The notes beneath the pieces were generated by a model, which ran no database searches, was not told where the DNA came from, and was given only the letters and a program-made list of their open reading frames with translations. Shown piece by piece: positions 49,709-58,483 of a stretch of 64,000 nt of DNA (position 1 is the first letter of the stretch; each line of letters starts with the position of its first letter). The stretch lies in IMG/VR virus record IMGVR_UViG_3300022902_000006; one strand, given 5' to 3'. This DNA comes from a virus. Made by a program: the position numbers and the translations under genes.

Positions 49709-50397
49709 TCAGGGCAGCAACACCGGGAGGTGCTCCACGAACAGGTCGCGCACCTGGTTCATGATGTCGCGGATCTCCCACTGGGCGTGGGGGTCGCAGC
49801 GCATCTTGAACACGTGGAGCCACTGGCGCAGGTTGAAGGTGGTGTACACGGCGGTCGCCGTTGCCGTGTGGGCAGGGAGAAGCGAGCGTCCTCAGCGGGG
49901 ATACCCAACTCACGGAGGCGCTTGTACATCACGTAGTCCATGCGGGAGGTGTGCAGGAAGGCGTACAGCGCTGAGTTAAGGGGTGTGGACTCCAGGAAGT
50001 ACTCGGAGATCATGCCGTCCTCGGGGAGGCAGTGTTCATCCTTGCCCATGATGCTCGGCGGAACGATGATCTTCAGCGCGTCGTGCTTGTCGGTGTTGGA
50101 GTAGTCGCAGTAGCGCATGGACTCCTGCGTGAAGGCAGCGAGACGGTGCCGGACGAGCTGGTGGCTCATGGCCCGGGACCCGGTGAACAGCACCGTGATG
50201 GAGGCGTGTTCCAGAATGCTCTCGTGGCCCATCTTCATGGCCACCTTGGCGATGAACTTCTCGGCGCTGCCTTCCCTGATGCGACCCTCGCTGCGGTGGC
50301 TAACACGGCCACACTCCTCACACAGCTCCAGCAGCTTGTGCCAGGTGGACACGTCGGGGGTGATGACTTCAGCGCTCGGTTTGATGATTTGCAGCAT
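49709..50397 (-). CDS. thyX: FAD-dependent thymidylate synthase, frame broken near 49870
   Basis: GHESILEH, RHRLAAFTQESMRY signature; C-terminal TFNLRQW.H....RC..HAQWEIR lies in the -1 frame. Confidence 0.9.
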
Positions 50398-50426
50398 ATC
50401 TCTTCGACTCCTGAGTTTGTTAGTGT

Positions 50427-50747
50427 TTATGAAAACAACAACGCGATGGTGAGCACGGCGCACAGCACGCCCAACCCGATGGTTGCGTAGACCCAGAGAC
50501 GTGTGAACTGGCCCTGCGTCGTCATCGCGTCCTCGAATGCTTGGCGCTCTATTCTCGCGACGGCGGTGTTTTCGTTGAGTGTTTGCACCGCATTCTTGTA
50601 GTTGAACTCCGTTACCCGCAGCGCATCACTCAGCTTTCGCACTTCAGCCAGGGCTTCACCGCGCTCACGGTGGCATCGCTTCCCATCTCCCTGCGCAGTG
50701 TGGAGGTCCTTTCGCAGCTCTCGGATTATTTCATCCTTGCTCGGCAT
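50427..50747 (-). CDS. coiled-coil protein with C-terminal membrane helix
   Basis: LWVYATIGLGVLCAVLTIALLF. Confidence 0.6.
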   Translation of the reverse strand: MPSKDEIIRELRKDLHTAQGDGKRCHRERGEALAEVRKLSDALRVTEFNYKNAVQTLNENTAVARIERQAFEDAMTTQGQFTRLWVYATIGLGVLCAVLTIALLFS

Positions 50748-50749
50748 GA

Positions 50750-51145
50750 CTACTTCCCTCGTCTCTGGTAAGCGCGCACTCTATCACTCTTGGGGGCCAA
50801 TTCGTCCAGCCATTCCGTCAAGACCTTACGCACCTTCTTGCTCTGCGCAGTCTTGTTCGTGGGCATACGCTCCTCGACCCACTGCCCGGCGATCAGTGCA
50901 GCGTTGAACCTATCACCCCACACCAGACCTTTGGGGTCCACGGGGAGCATGATGAGCGTGTGTACCTGCTCGGAACTCTTCACCAGGATGCGACCCTTGT
51001 CGCCCGCCTTGTTCACGAAGAGGACGGCTTGTCCTGGCTTCAGTTTGTACTGGCTGGAAGTGAGGTGCATCGTGTTGGCTTGCCAACTCACCGTGCGCAG
51101 ATCTGTTGGGCGCACGACAGTCTTGATGACCCATTCGTGGGACAT
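50750..51145 (-). CDS. IS66 Orf2-like small protein (tentative)
   Basis: PTDLR...G.A.LFVNK...K..IL resembles the IS66 accessory protein; AAGGAG RBS. Confidence 0.4.
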   Translation of the reverse strand: MSHEWVIKTVVRPTDLRTVSWQANTMHLTSSQYKLKPGQAVLFVNKAGDKGRILVKSSEQVHTLIMLPVDPKGLVWGDRFNAALIAGQWVEERMPTNKTAQSKKVRKVLTEWLDELAPKSDRVRAYQRRGK

Positions 51146-51197
51146 GAGGCTCCTTCTTTTTTAGGGTGGTGGGGGTAGTAACAAGCAAGTGGGGCAC

Positions 51198-52524
51198 GTC
51201 ACAGATATGAAGCCTCTGTGCTGGCGTGGGAGACATTGGCCGTTGTCGCCAGTACAAGGCCCTGGCGCTGGCGTAACGACGTGTATCGCTCGTCACAAAT
51301 ACAAAGCCCCTGTGCTGGCGTAGCGTCAATCGTTTCAAGTCACAAATACTAAGCCTTTGTGCTGGCATAATGGTATCTGGCTTAGGGGCACAAATACAAA
51401 GCCTCTGCGCTGGCGTTGCCACCTATGTTGCACGTCATCAGTATAAAGCCCTGACGCTGGCCCTTAGATACGTTCAGCGTTGGGGGCACAGATATCAAGC
51501 CTCTGCGCTGGCATAAGTGCACTCCAGACCTGGGTCACGAATACGAAGCCTCCGTGTTGGCATTATCCAGGTACGTCCATCGGCGTCAGTACAAGGCCCT
51601 GACGCGGGCGTAGGAGAGAAGTCTGGATCACAGATACAAAACCTCTGCGCGGGTGTAAAGACGACTGCGAGGTCGGCGCAGAAACAAAGCCTCTGCGCTG
51701 GCGTGAAGAAACTATACAAGGCGCTACAGATACGAAGCCTCTGTATCGGCGTCAAACCAACCCATGTGCTTATCACGAGTATGAGGCCCCCGTGCTGGCA
51801 TGGAAGTAGAATCCTAGATCAAGGCGGTAGTACAAAGCCCCATCGCTGGCATTATTGATCAGGCAATTCTATCGCAGATACCAAGCCTCCGCGCTGGCGT
51901 TATCGATTTCCTCAATGGCGCAGATACAACGCCCCTGCGCTGGCACAGCATGTTCATGATGGCGGTCACAGATACAAAGCCTCTGCGCTGGCGTATACAA
52001 AGCGAAGTACGTTGTGGGTACGAAGCCCCCGCGCTGGCACAGACGTTCAAGAAGGCGTCGTCAGTACAAAGCCCCAACGTTGGTGTAGGAGAGAAGCCTG
52101 AGTCACAGATACGAAGCCTCTGTGTTGGCGCAACAGCAGGGCGGTTAATGTCGTCGGTACAACGCCCCGACGCGGGCACGGTTCCGTTTGGGGGTAGGTC
52201 GTCGGTACAACGCCCCAACGCGGGCACTGAACAAGTTGGAATTCGGTCACAGATACGAAGCCTCTGCGCTGGCATAGGGAGCTATGTCTATCGTTGTCAG
52301 TACAAAGCCCTGGCGCGGGCGTAATGCTCATGGTGGCGGTCACAGATACAAAGCCACCGTGCTGGCGTATAACATAGCGTTCATCATAGGCGCAGATACG
52401 AAGCCTTCGCGCTGGCACAGATTAGTGTAGTAGTTTCACAGGCTGCTTGTCACAGATACCAAGCCTCTGTGCGGGCACCACCAGGAGTCCCACATGGGCA
52501 CAAGTACAAAGCCCTCATGCTGGC
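51198..52524 (-). CRISPR. CRISPR array: 28 degenerate 28-nt repeats (30 nt with a conserved RY), 27 spacers
   Basis: - strand consensus (RY)GCCAG-CRCAGA-GGCTTYGTA-TCTGYG-AC; spacers 17-23 nt (one 32); starts 4 nt after the cas stop codon. Confidence 0.9.
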
Positions 52525-52528
52525 GTTG

Positions 52529-54295
52529 TTATGCATTTTTCGTGTGGCGCTTTGCCCACTTCGCTTGGCGGGGTGCGGTATTTACGGCGTAATCCTTGAC
52601 CTTGGTGGGCACAGCTTCCTTAGCCCCCTGCTGGTGTTCGTCCCAGCGAAGCAGCAGGTTGTGCGCTGCGTTAGCGTCCTGATCCCAGTTTGCCTGGCAC
52701 TCGCTGCATGTGTGCATCACCTCTTTTGAGGCGTCCCAGGGTTCTTCCGGGTGGTCGCCACACACCGCACAATCCTGTGTGGTCATCGCTGCATTCACCT
52801 CAGCGACGGCGCCGAGACGCATCGCAAACCCATTGATGAGGTTGCTACGCAGTACCGAACACGCGGCGTCCCGTTGGTACAACCGGGCAGAAGCGATCTC
52901 TCCCTTATCAGACTCGGGGAGGACGTGCCGTTGCATTACGCTCAAATCGAACTGTTCCAGGACAAGAGTGTGGTACTTCCGCGAGAGGCGAGCGGCGATG
53001 TTACGGTACTGGTCCTTGCGGCGAGCGAGGCTCTTGTCACGTTGATTTGCTTCCCAGGACAACAGGTGCTTATCCTGCTTACGCCAGTCTTCCAAGCGCG
53101 GGTAGGCCAGGGTGTCACCTGCGAAGCGGGAGTCCCGCCACGTACGTGCAAGCGCCGCTAGGCGTGCCGTTGAACGCCAAGCATGCAACGTCGTTGCAGC
53201 CTCAATCAACCAGTCAGGGAGCGACGCCCCTTGTTTCGTTTGGCGGCGCATCCACGCAGCCAGCCAATCACGCTCAATGTTGAAGTTCTTGTCACGTGTG
53301 CTGCGCAGGTCCTCGACCTTGCGGAACCCAGAGCGGACAGCCCCCTCAAGGAGGATCTCCTCCTCATATCCTTGGTTGTCACGGAAGTACGCGACACGGA
53401 GGAGTCCACTGGGACGCACACGCCACCCAATGTCCACGGCCACAGTGCCAGTGCCACATGTTTCGCGGCGCCAGCCATCAGGGAGCGACAATGTAAAGTG
53501 GACGCTCCAGCGATCCTTGCCCGCCAGGCGTTCACGCAGAACTTTGACATCCTTGATCGTGGCCACCCGAGGCAGAGGACGGTGCAGGATGAGCGGCCAG
53601 GTTGCCCAGATGGGCGTCGTTTTGCCCTGCACGGTACCAACACGCATCTTCAACTCAGAGCGCTTCGGGTTCGAACCGACGAAGATGCGCAGAAGTGTAC
53701 TGTCACAGGCTAGTGCCTCAAAACTACTCAACCCTTTTTGTATCTGTACAGCGACGGCACCATGCCCCGTCCAACGCCGAAAGTGGGGGTCCACAAACGC
53801 AGCTTTGCGTGCTGCATCCACGGCCTTCTCAATAATTAGATATGTACCCCAGTAGCAACCACAGATTGCGCGTTCTTTCCGGATAGTAGCCTGCGCACTT
53901 TCATTCACCTTGTTGATGGCTGTCTGTACCGCCGTGTCATCCTTGAGTGCAGCTTTAGCCTTGCGCAGTTCCGCACGCACTGTCTTGAGCTGCTGCCGTG
54001 CAATCTTCACACGCTTCCGTTGCTCCTTGGTGGAAGAACGTGAACGTGATGCTCTGTGTGTCGCCCGGAGATCAGCGATTGCAGCATCAACGACTGCTTT
54101 TTTCGCTGTCGCTTCTTCTTCGAGAGGTTCTACCGTCGGATGGACACCCATGATGGCGCGTACCTTCTTACGGCGGTCACGTTCAATCTCGATGAGTTTG
54201 TTGTAATACTGATGTGCCAAATGTATCTGGTCGGATACGAGATCCACGTTTTCACACGGGGGTCTAAGCCCGTAGCGATACACTAGAATGGGCAT
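52529..54295 (-). CDS. cas12m: miniature type V effector of the Cas12m (V-U1) clade, 588 aa
   Basis: GAGGAG RBS; YRYGL..P...LAH, YWGTY, RRW.G.G...VQ, LHRPLP, RuvC-I VDIGWR, RuvC-II LVLEQ, two CxxC, RuvC-III DQDANAA; adjacent array. Confidence 0.8.
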   Translation of the reverse strand: MPILVYRYGLRPPCENVDLVSDQIHLAHQYYNKLIEIERDRRKKVRAIMGVHPTVEPLEEEATAKKAVVDAAIADLRATHRASRSRSSTKEQRKRVKIARQQLKTVRAELRKAKAALKDDTAVQTAINKVNESAQATIRKERAICGCYWGTYLIIEKAVDAARKAAFVDPHFRRWTGHGAVAVQIQKGLSSFEALACDSTLLRIFVGSNPKRSELKMRVGTVQGKTTPIWATWPLILHRPLPRVATIKDVKVLRERLAGKDRWSVHFTLSLPDGWRRETCGTGTVAVDIGWRVRPSGLLRVAYFRDNQGYEEEILLEGAVRSGFRKVEDLRSTRDKNFNIERDWLAAWMRRQTKQGASLPDWLIEAATTLHAWRSTARLAALARTWRDSRFAGDTLAYPRLEDWRKQDKHLLSWEANQRDKSLARRKDQYRNIAARLSRKYHTLVLEQFDLSVMQRHVLPESDKGEIASARLYQRDAACSVLRSNLINGFAMRLGAVAEVNAAMTTQDCAVCGDHPEEPWDASKEVMHTCSECQANWDQDANAAHNLLLRWDEHQQGAKEAVPTKVKDYAVNTAPRQAKWAKRHTKNA

Positions 54296-54314
54296 GCTGC
54301 TCCTCTTTTTTAGA

Positions 54315-54773
54315 TCAGATGATTTCGTCGTCAGGGTGTCGTAGTGGGGGTTCAACGATGTGTACGGCGTGGGCGCAGTCTTGGGTGTCAACACCCAGGT
54401 TGCCACGTAGGAACATGGCGTAGCGCTCGTCAGGACCAACGGCTGTGACGTGTCGCCCTCGGCGGATCATCTGGAGGGGGTGCACCGTTTTGTAGTGGAC
54501 AGCGCAGCCTTTGGTGACTGTGTGGATGCCTCGGGTGTTCTTCATATAAACGTGGATTGAAACCCCTTCCGGGATTGGTGCATGTTGTCCGTGGCGCATC
54601 TTAGTGCAGACGTACACATGTTCGTAGATGTTGAAGAGGAGGCAGAAGCAACGGTTACAATAGCGCACACGGTACATGCGCTGCACCTTGGAGGGGAACT
54701 TCTGTTGCTGGAGGCAGGGGATTGCCAGAGCACAGTGTCCACAGGCTTTGTCGGTGGTGAGGATGGTTCTCAT
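54315..54773 (-). CDS. Cys-rich paralogue 11 (divergent)
   Basis: CGHCALAIPC...CNRC...C. Confidence 0.7.
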   Translation of the reverse strand: MRTILTTDKACGHCALAIPCLQQQKFPSKVQRMYRVRYCNRCFCLLFNIYEHVYVCTKMRHGQHAPIPEGVSIHVYMKNTRGIHTVTKGCAVHYKTVHPLQMIRRGRHVTAVGPDERYAMFLRGNLGVDTQDCAHAVHIVEPPLRHPDDEII

Positions 54774-55216
54774 GGCTTCTTTATGGGGAGGGAGAAGGCC
54801 CCTGATTGCAACGCGTGGAGCGTCTCATCGAGGAACTCTTCGTCCATGTCATGGATTGGTGTTTGGAAGTCGTACCCCCCTTTGTGCAGGATACAACTGG
54901 GGCACACTCCCGCGTTTATGTAGATGCCGAGGACAGGGTCTTTGATGCGCGTCTCAGGGGTGCCTGTGGCGTTCGCCGCAGCGACGTAGTTTGGCACACA
55001 AGAGGAGTCGGTCATGCTGCGCCGCTCACACCTGAACATCACCACCTTCTTGACTCGGGGTATGTGGGTGCGAGACTGCATTGATTCAGGTACGGGGTAG
55101 GTTTCTTTAAGGACGAAGCGTGTACACCTCACGCACAGGAAGGTTTCACTGTTGTTCATCTTGAACAACGCCCCGGAGAGGCAAGCGACGGCGAAGGGAC
55201 AGCGCTTACATTTCAT
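54770..55216 (-). CDS. Cys-rich paralogue 10
   Basis: MKCKRCPFAVAC...LCVRC...CERR...DP...CPSC. Confidence 0.85.
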   Translation of the reverse strand: MKCKRCPFAVACLSGALFKMNNSETFLCVRCTRFVLKETYPVPESMQSRTHIPRVKKVVMFRCERRSMTDSSCVPNYVAAANATGTPETRIKDPVLGIYINAGVCPSCILHKGGYDFQTPIHDMDEEFLDETLHALQSGAFSLPIKKP

Positions 55217-55590
55217 CCGATCTTCTTCCGGTGATCCTGCGCAGCGGCTTGTTGTAGTTCCTCCGACACACACGTGGAACACTTGCCCAACGGGATGTCG
55301 GTACCTGTCATTGGGTCCGTGACGTACGCAATAGTGTTTCTCGATGTAACAGCCTCGGACACTTGTTCGTGCACAAAATTGGACTCTGGGGGGCTGCGTT
55401 TCTCACAAAGGAATTCCACTATACGTTTGGGTTGTGGGATGACACGCACACACACTGTTTCCGCCACAGGGGGATTCTCAATGATGATGAGGCGGGAACA
55501 TTTAGCGCACAGACACACGTAGCTGCTGTTTATTTTGAACAGCGCCCCGGACATGCACGCAACCACGAAAGGACAGCGCTTACACTTCAT
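55213..55590 (-). CDS. Cys-rich paralogue 9
   Basis: MKCKRCPFVVAC...LCAKC...CEKR...DP...CSTC. Confidence 0.85.
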   Translation of the reverse strand: MKCKRCPFVVACMSGALFKINSSYVCLCAKCSRLIIIENPPVAETVCVRVIPQPKRIVEFLCEKRSPPESNFVHEQVSEAVTSRNTIAYVTDPMTGTDIPLGKCSTCVSEELQQAAAQDHRKKIG

Positions 55591-56041
55591 CGAGGTGCTC
55601 CACGGCGTATACCTCCTTGTCCCCAATGGCTTGGGGCACGGCGCCTTTGCATTCCTCACATTTGGTAATCTTGATGTGGCTCGTACCTCCCGGCGACATC
55701 GGGTCTATGGGCTCACCCAAGGCTCCTGATGATAATTTATCCAGGTTGAAGACGTCTACCTGGGGGATGTCGTAGATATCCAGGAACGCACGGTCCAGCT
55801 TCTCACAGTGGAGGTATCGACGCGCGGCAACGGCTACTTCTGTTTGCCATACACGCAGAGGGTTGTCGGGTGGTGACCCGGGAGCAGGGTCCACGTCGAT
55901 GAGTTCGTAGGATGTGACCTGCAACCGCGCGCACTCACGACAAAGGAGGATTGTGATGCTGCTCCCTATCACTGCGCCCACCTCTGATTGGAGCTTTCCC
56001 GCCATGCACAGCAGCACATAAGGACACCGGCTACACTTCAC
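55580..56041 (-). CDS. Cys-rich paralogue 8
   Basis: (V)KCSRCPYVLLC...LCREC...CEK...DP...CEEC. Confidence 0.85.
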   Translation of the reverse strand: MKCSRCPYVLLCMAGKLQSEVGAVIGSSITILLCRECARLQVTSYELIDVDPAPGSPPDNPLRVWQTEVAVAARRYLHCEKLDRAFLDIYDIPQVDVFNLDKLSSGALGEPIDPMSPGGTSHIKITKCEECKGAVPQAIGDKEVYAVEHLDEV

Positions 56042-56585
56042 GCCCGTCCTTTCCTTTGATCCCCCAGGGGTGCACCAGCGCTTCCATTGCCCCACTGTCC
56101 CGCGCTCGCTTGAACGCCAGCTCGTCGTCCAGGTTCACGATGCGGTAGGCGCTGAAGGCACCATGCCTGCGCTCCTCACAATTACAGCGGTTGCAAACCT
56201 GCATGCGGAGAACTGTTCCACCTACGGGGTCCACGACGTTCATTGTGATGGGCTCCGCCAAGGAAGACATGTGGTCTCCCGGGTCACCCACGGTAGATGT
56301 GGCAATACCTTTGCCTTCCGCAGTGTTCCGTACCCGATCAACAATATCCGCGTAGCTTCGCTTCTCACAGATGAGGTAGGTCAGCGTCCCATCGTAGGGC
56401 AACACACCATGAAACTGCCGATAGAATTCAACAGTGTCAGCGGGTTCATTAGGCCCCGGACCAGCCTTGGCGTGCACAAGCTCAAGGCGCCGACACCGAT
56501 AGCAGAGCGACGCAGTGCGGTCCTTGGAGTGCAGGAGCGTTCCACCGAGGCACGGCAAGACGAGAGGGCACTCTTTACATTTCAT
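56031..56585 (-). CDS. Cys-rich paralogue 7
   Basis: MKCKECPLVLPC...LCYRC...CEKR...DP...CNRC. Confidence 0.85.
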   Translation of the reverse strand: MKCKECPLVLPCLGGTLLHSKDRTASLCYRCRRLELVHAKAGPGPNEPADTVEFYRQFHGVLPYDGTLTYLICEKRSYADIVDRVRNTAEGKGIATSTVGDPGDHMSSLAEPITMNVVDPVGGTVLRMQVCNRCNCEERRHGAFSAYRIVNLDDELAFKRARDSGAMEALVHPWGIKGKDGREV

Positions 56586-57067
56586 GGCGTGTCTCCCGTG
56601 GGGACGATGATCTTTCGCAGCTCACTCTCCTCCCGCAGTCTCTCTCGGATGAGGTTGCCCCCAGCCTGCCCCACCGCTTCAAAGATGGCCACCGTCTGCT
56701 TCGCCATCATCTCTGTGATTGCAGGGTCAGTGAAGGTGACCTTCCGGGAGTCCAGGTCCTCGTGCAGCTTAATGCGGTAAGGGAGAACACGGCGGTCCTC
56801 GGGGTCACACATGGTGCAGCCCGAGACGAGCAGTGGGCCACCGTCCACAGGGTCCACGAGCTGAACACCACGACGTACCTCCGGAGCGGCGCGGTACTGG
56901 AACTGCAGCACGTCAAGGTTCCTCTTCTCACACACGAAGTGCAAGCTGCGGGGCTCCTGCACGAGTAGTTCGAGACGCCCACACTGAGGACATAGGCGCA
57001 TAACGATGGCGCTGTGGAAGGTACCCTGCATGCATGGTAGGGCGACGGGGCAGTGTTTGCATTTCAT
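56582..57067 (-). CDS. Cys-rich paralogue 6
   Basis: MKCKHCPVALPC...LCPQC...CEKR...DP...CTMC. Confidence 0.85.
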   Translation of the reverse strand: MKCKHCPVALPCMQGTFHSAIVMRLCPQCGRLELLVQEPRSLHFVCEKRNLDVLQFQYRAAPEVRRGVQLVDPVDGGPLLVSGCTMCDPEDRRVLPYRIKLHEDLDSRKVTFTDPAITEMMAKQTVAIFEAVGQAGGNLIRERLREESELRKIIVPTGDTP

Positions 57068-57624
57068 GATTTCTTCTCTTTGTCACCAAGGATGTACTCT
57101 GGTGGCACACCCGTACCTCGTATCATGAGATTGAGCGTAGCATCGTATCGCTCACGCATGGTGTTTGTCTTACGTACTTGGCGTAGTGTTTTTAGGAGCA
57201 CACTTCTTTTCTTAGCCATCTCAGCATCGGGGTCCTTTGCTGAAAAGGTGATTCGCTGCATGTCGAGGTCCTCGTACATTTCTACCACGTACAGATTGTG
57301 CCGAGGTCCGTCACACCGGATGCAAGCAGACACAGGCAGGAAACCGCCGGACACTGGGTCGACAACCTGAATGCCTCTTCCATCCTTGGGAGCATCAATA
57401 ATAGCTTGTTGCAATGTAAGCAGGTTCCTCTTCTCACACCGGAAGTACAGCGCGCGCTTTACGCGGTAAACTGGGCCGTTGAGAGCACCACGCGTTTTAA
57501 CGGGGAGCACCTCAAATAGCCCACATACTTGGCACAAGTTGATGATGACTGCGAAGGCGTGGTGATTGTCGAACCACACCCCCTGCATACACGGCAAGGC
57601 CAGGGGACAGTTTCCACACTTCAA
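57064..57624 (-). CDS. Cys-rich paralogue 5
   Basis: TTG start; KCGNCPLALPC...LCQVC...CEKR...DP...CIRC. Confidence 0.85.
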   Translation of the reverse strand: MKCGNCPLALPCMQGVWFDNHHAFAVIINLCQVCGLFEVLPVKTRGALNGPVYRVKRALYFRCEKRNLLTLQQAIIDAPKDGRGIQVVDPVSGGFLPVSACIRCDGPRHNLYVVEMYEDLDMQRITFSAKDPDAEMAKKRSVLLKTLRQVRKTNTMRERYDATLNLMIRGTGVPPEYILGDKEKKS

Positions 57625-58028
57625 AACAAAGACCCTCCTGGCCCTGCTCCTGGACCGAAAATGAGGTTGTGAACCTCGTTGATGAGTTCCGTCGCGCACT
57701 CTTCACACAGGGTTACGAGGAAGTCTTTCCCTAGAACAACAGGAACGTGACTGTACGAAAAGCGTTGCACCTCCTCCCGCTTCCTTTTCACCACGCGTCG
57801 GATGGCATTTTCGAAGGCCCCCTTGAGTTTGTTGGCAGAGTAGTTTTCACTTTGTACGCAGATAGGTAGGAGGTCCCACACCTCGTGGATCTCAGCTTGC
57901 CCCACTCGCAATACTTGCACCTTGTTACATGTTGGACACACCACGATCCCGCGCACTGGTTCCTTTCCCGCCAGACATGCTAGAGCGTGGGGGCATTTGG
58001 CACAGGCTGATGTTATTTCATGAATCAT
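57621..58028 (-). CDS. Cys-rich paralogue 4
   Basis: CAKCPHALAC...VCPTC...C...CEEC. Confidence 0.8.
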   Translation of the reverse strand: MIHEITSACAKCPHALACLAGKEPVRGIVVCPTCNKVQVLRVGQAEIHEVWDLLPICVQSENYSANKLKGAFENAIRRVVKRKREEVQRFSYSHVPVVLGKDFLVTLCEECATELINEVHNLIFGPGAGPGGSLF

Positions 58029-58483
58029 GATCCATAGCTACCGGGCCGAGACACCACCCCCACGTTCTCGTGGATGGTGCTAGGGTCGTAGCCTCGCAGA
58101 GCATCAGGGTGGTCGTCCACATCAATGTACAAGACGCGTGTGCTCCGGTTGAAGTATTTGCTCTGTCCGAAGATAGCATCACAGAGGCCACACGTTTCGT
58201 CCTCGTTCCGCTGCATCGCTGCCTTACGTACGAGCTTATACCCTGTGATGTAGGGGCGATCGGCAGGTTCCATGCTTTTGACCGGAGGGCACTCGAAGAT
58301 CCAAACGATGTCGTGTAACACCAATATCTCAGGTACCCCATTTTTCCCTGGGATACGGATGTGCCTGTCTCCACGTGGGGCAAGTACGGCGGTACGCTCA
58401 CACCCCTCGCACAGATGCATAAACCCAGGTGGCTCCCCATTCTGCATGCACGGGATAGCGAAAGGGCATCTACGACAATCCAC
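58025..58483 (-). CDS. Cys-rich paralogue 3
   Basis: GTG start; CRRCPFAIPC...LCEGC...C...CGLC. Confidence 0.8.
   Translation of the reverse strand: MDCRRCPFAIPCMQNGEPPGFMHLCEGCERTAVLAPRGDRHIRIPGKNGVPEILVLHDIVWIFECPPVKSMEPADRPYITGYKLVRKAAMQRNEDETCGLCDAIFGQSKYFNRSTRVLYIDVDDHPDALRGYDPSTIHENVGVVSRPGSYGS

Noticed and set aside
50750-51145. IS66 element
   Set aside because: No TnpC transposase or terminal inverted repeats nearby
50913-52418. ORFs with repeating PAQRLRIC motifs across the array
   Set aside because: Translations of the CRISPR repeats; covariation points to RNA structure, not protein
51226-52496. Self-targeting spacers within this window
   Set aside because: None found by eye; not exhaustive, needs a computed search
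52529-54295. IS200/IS605 TnpB transposon
   Set aside because: No TnpA or element ends seen; size, motifs and adjacent array fit the Cas12m clade
54296-54439. 48-aa N-terminal extension of the Cas ORF
   Set aside because: Overlaps the upstream gene; the GAGGAG RBS supports ATG 54295
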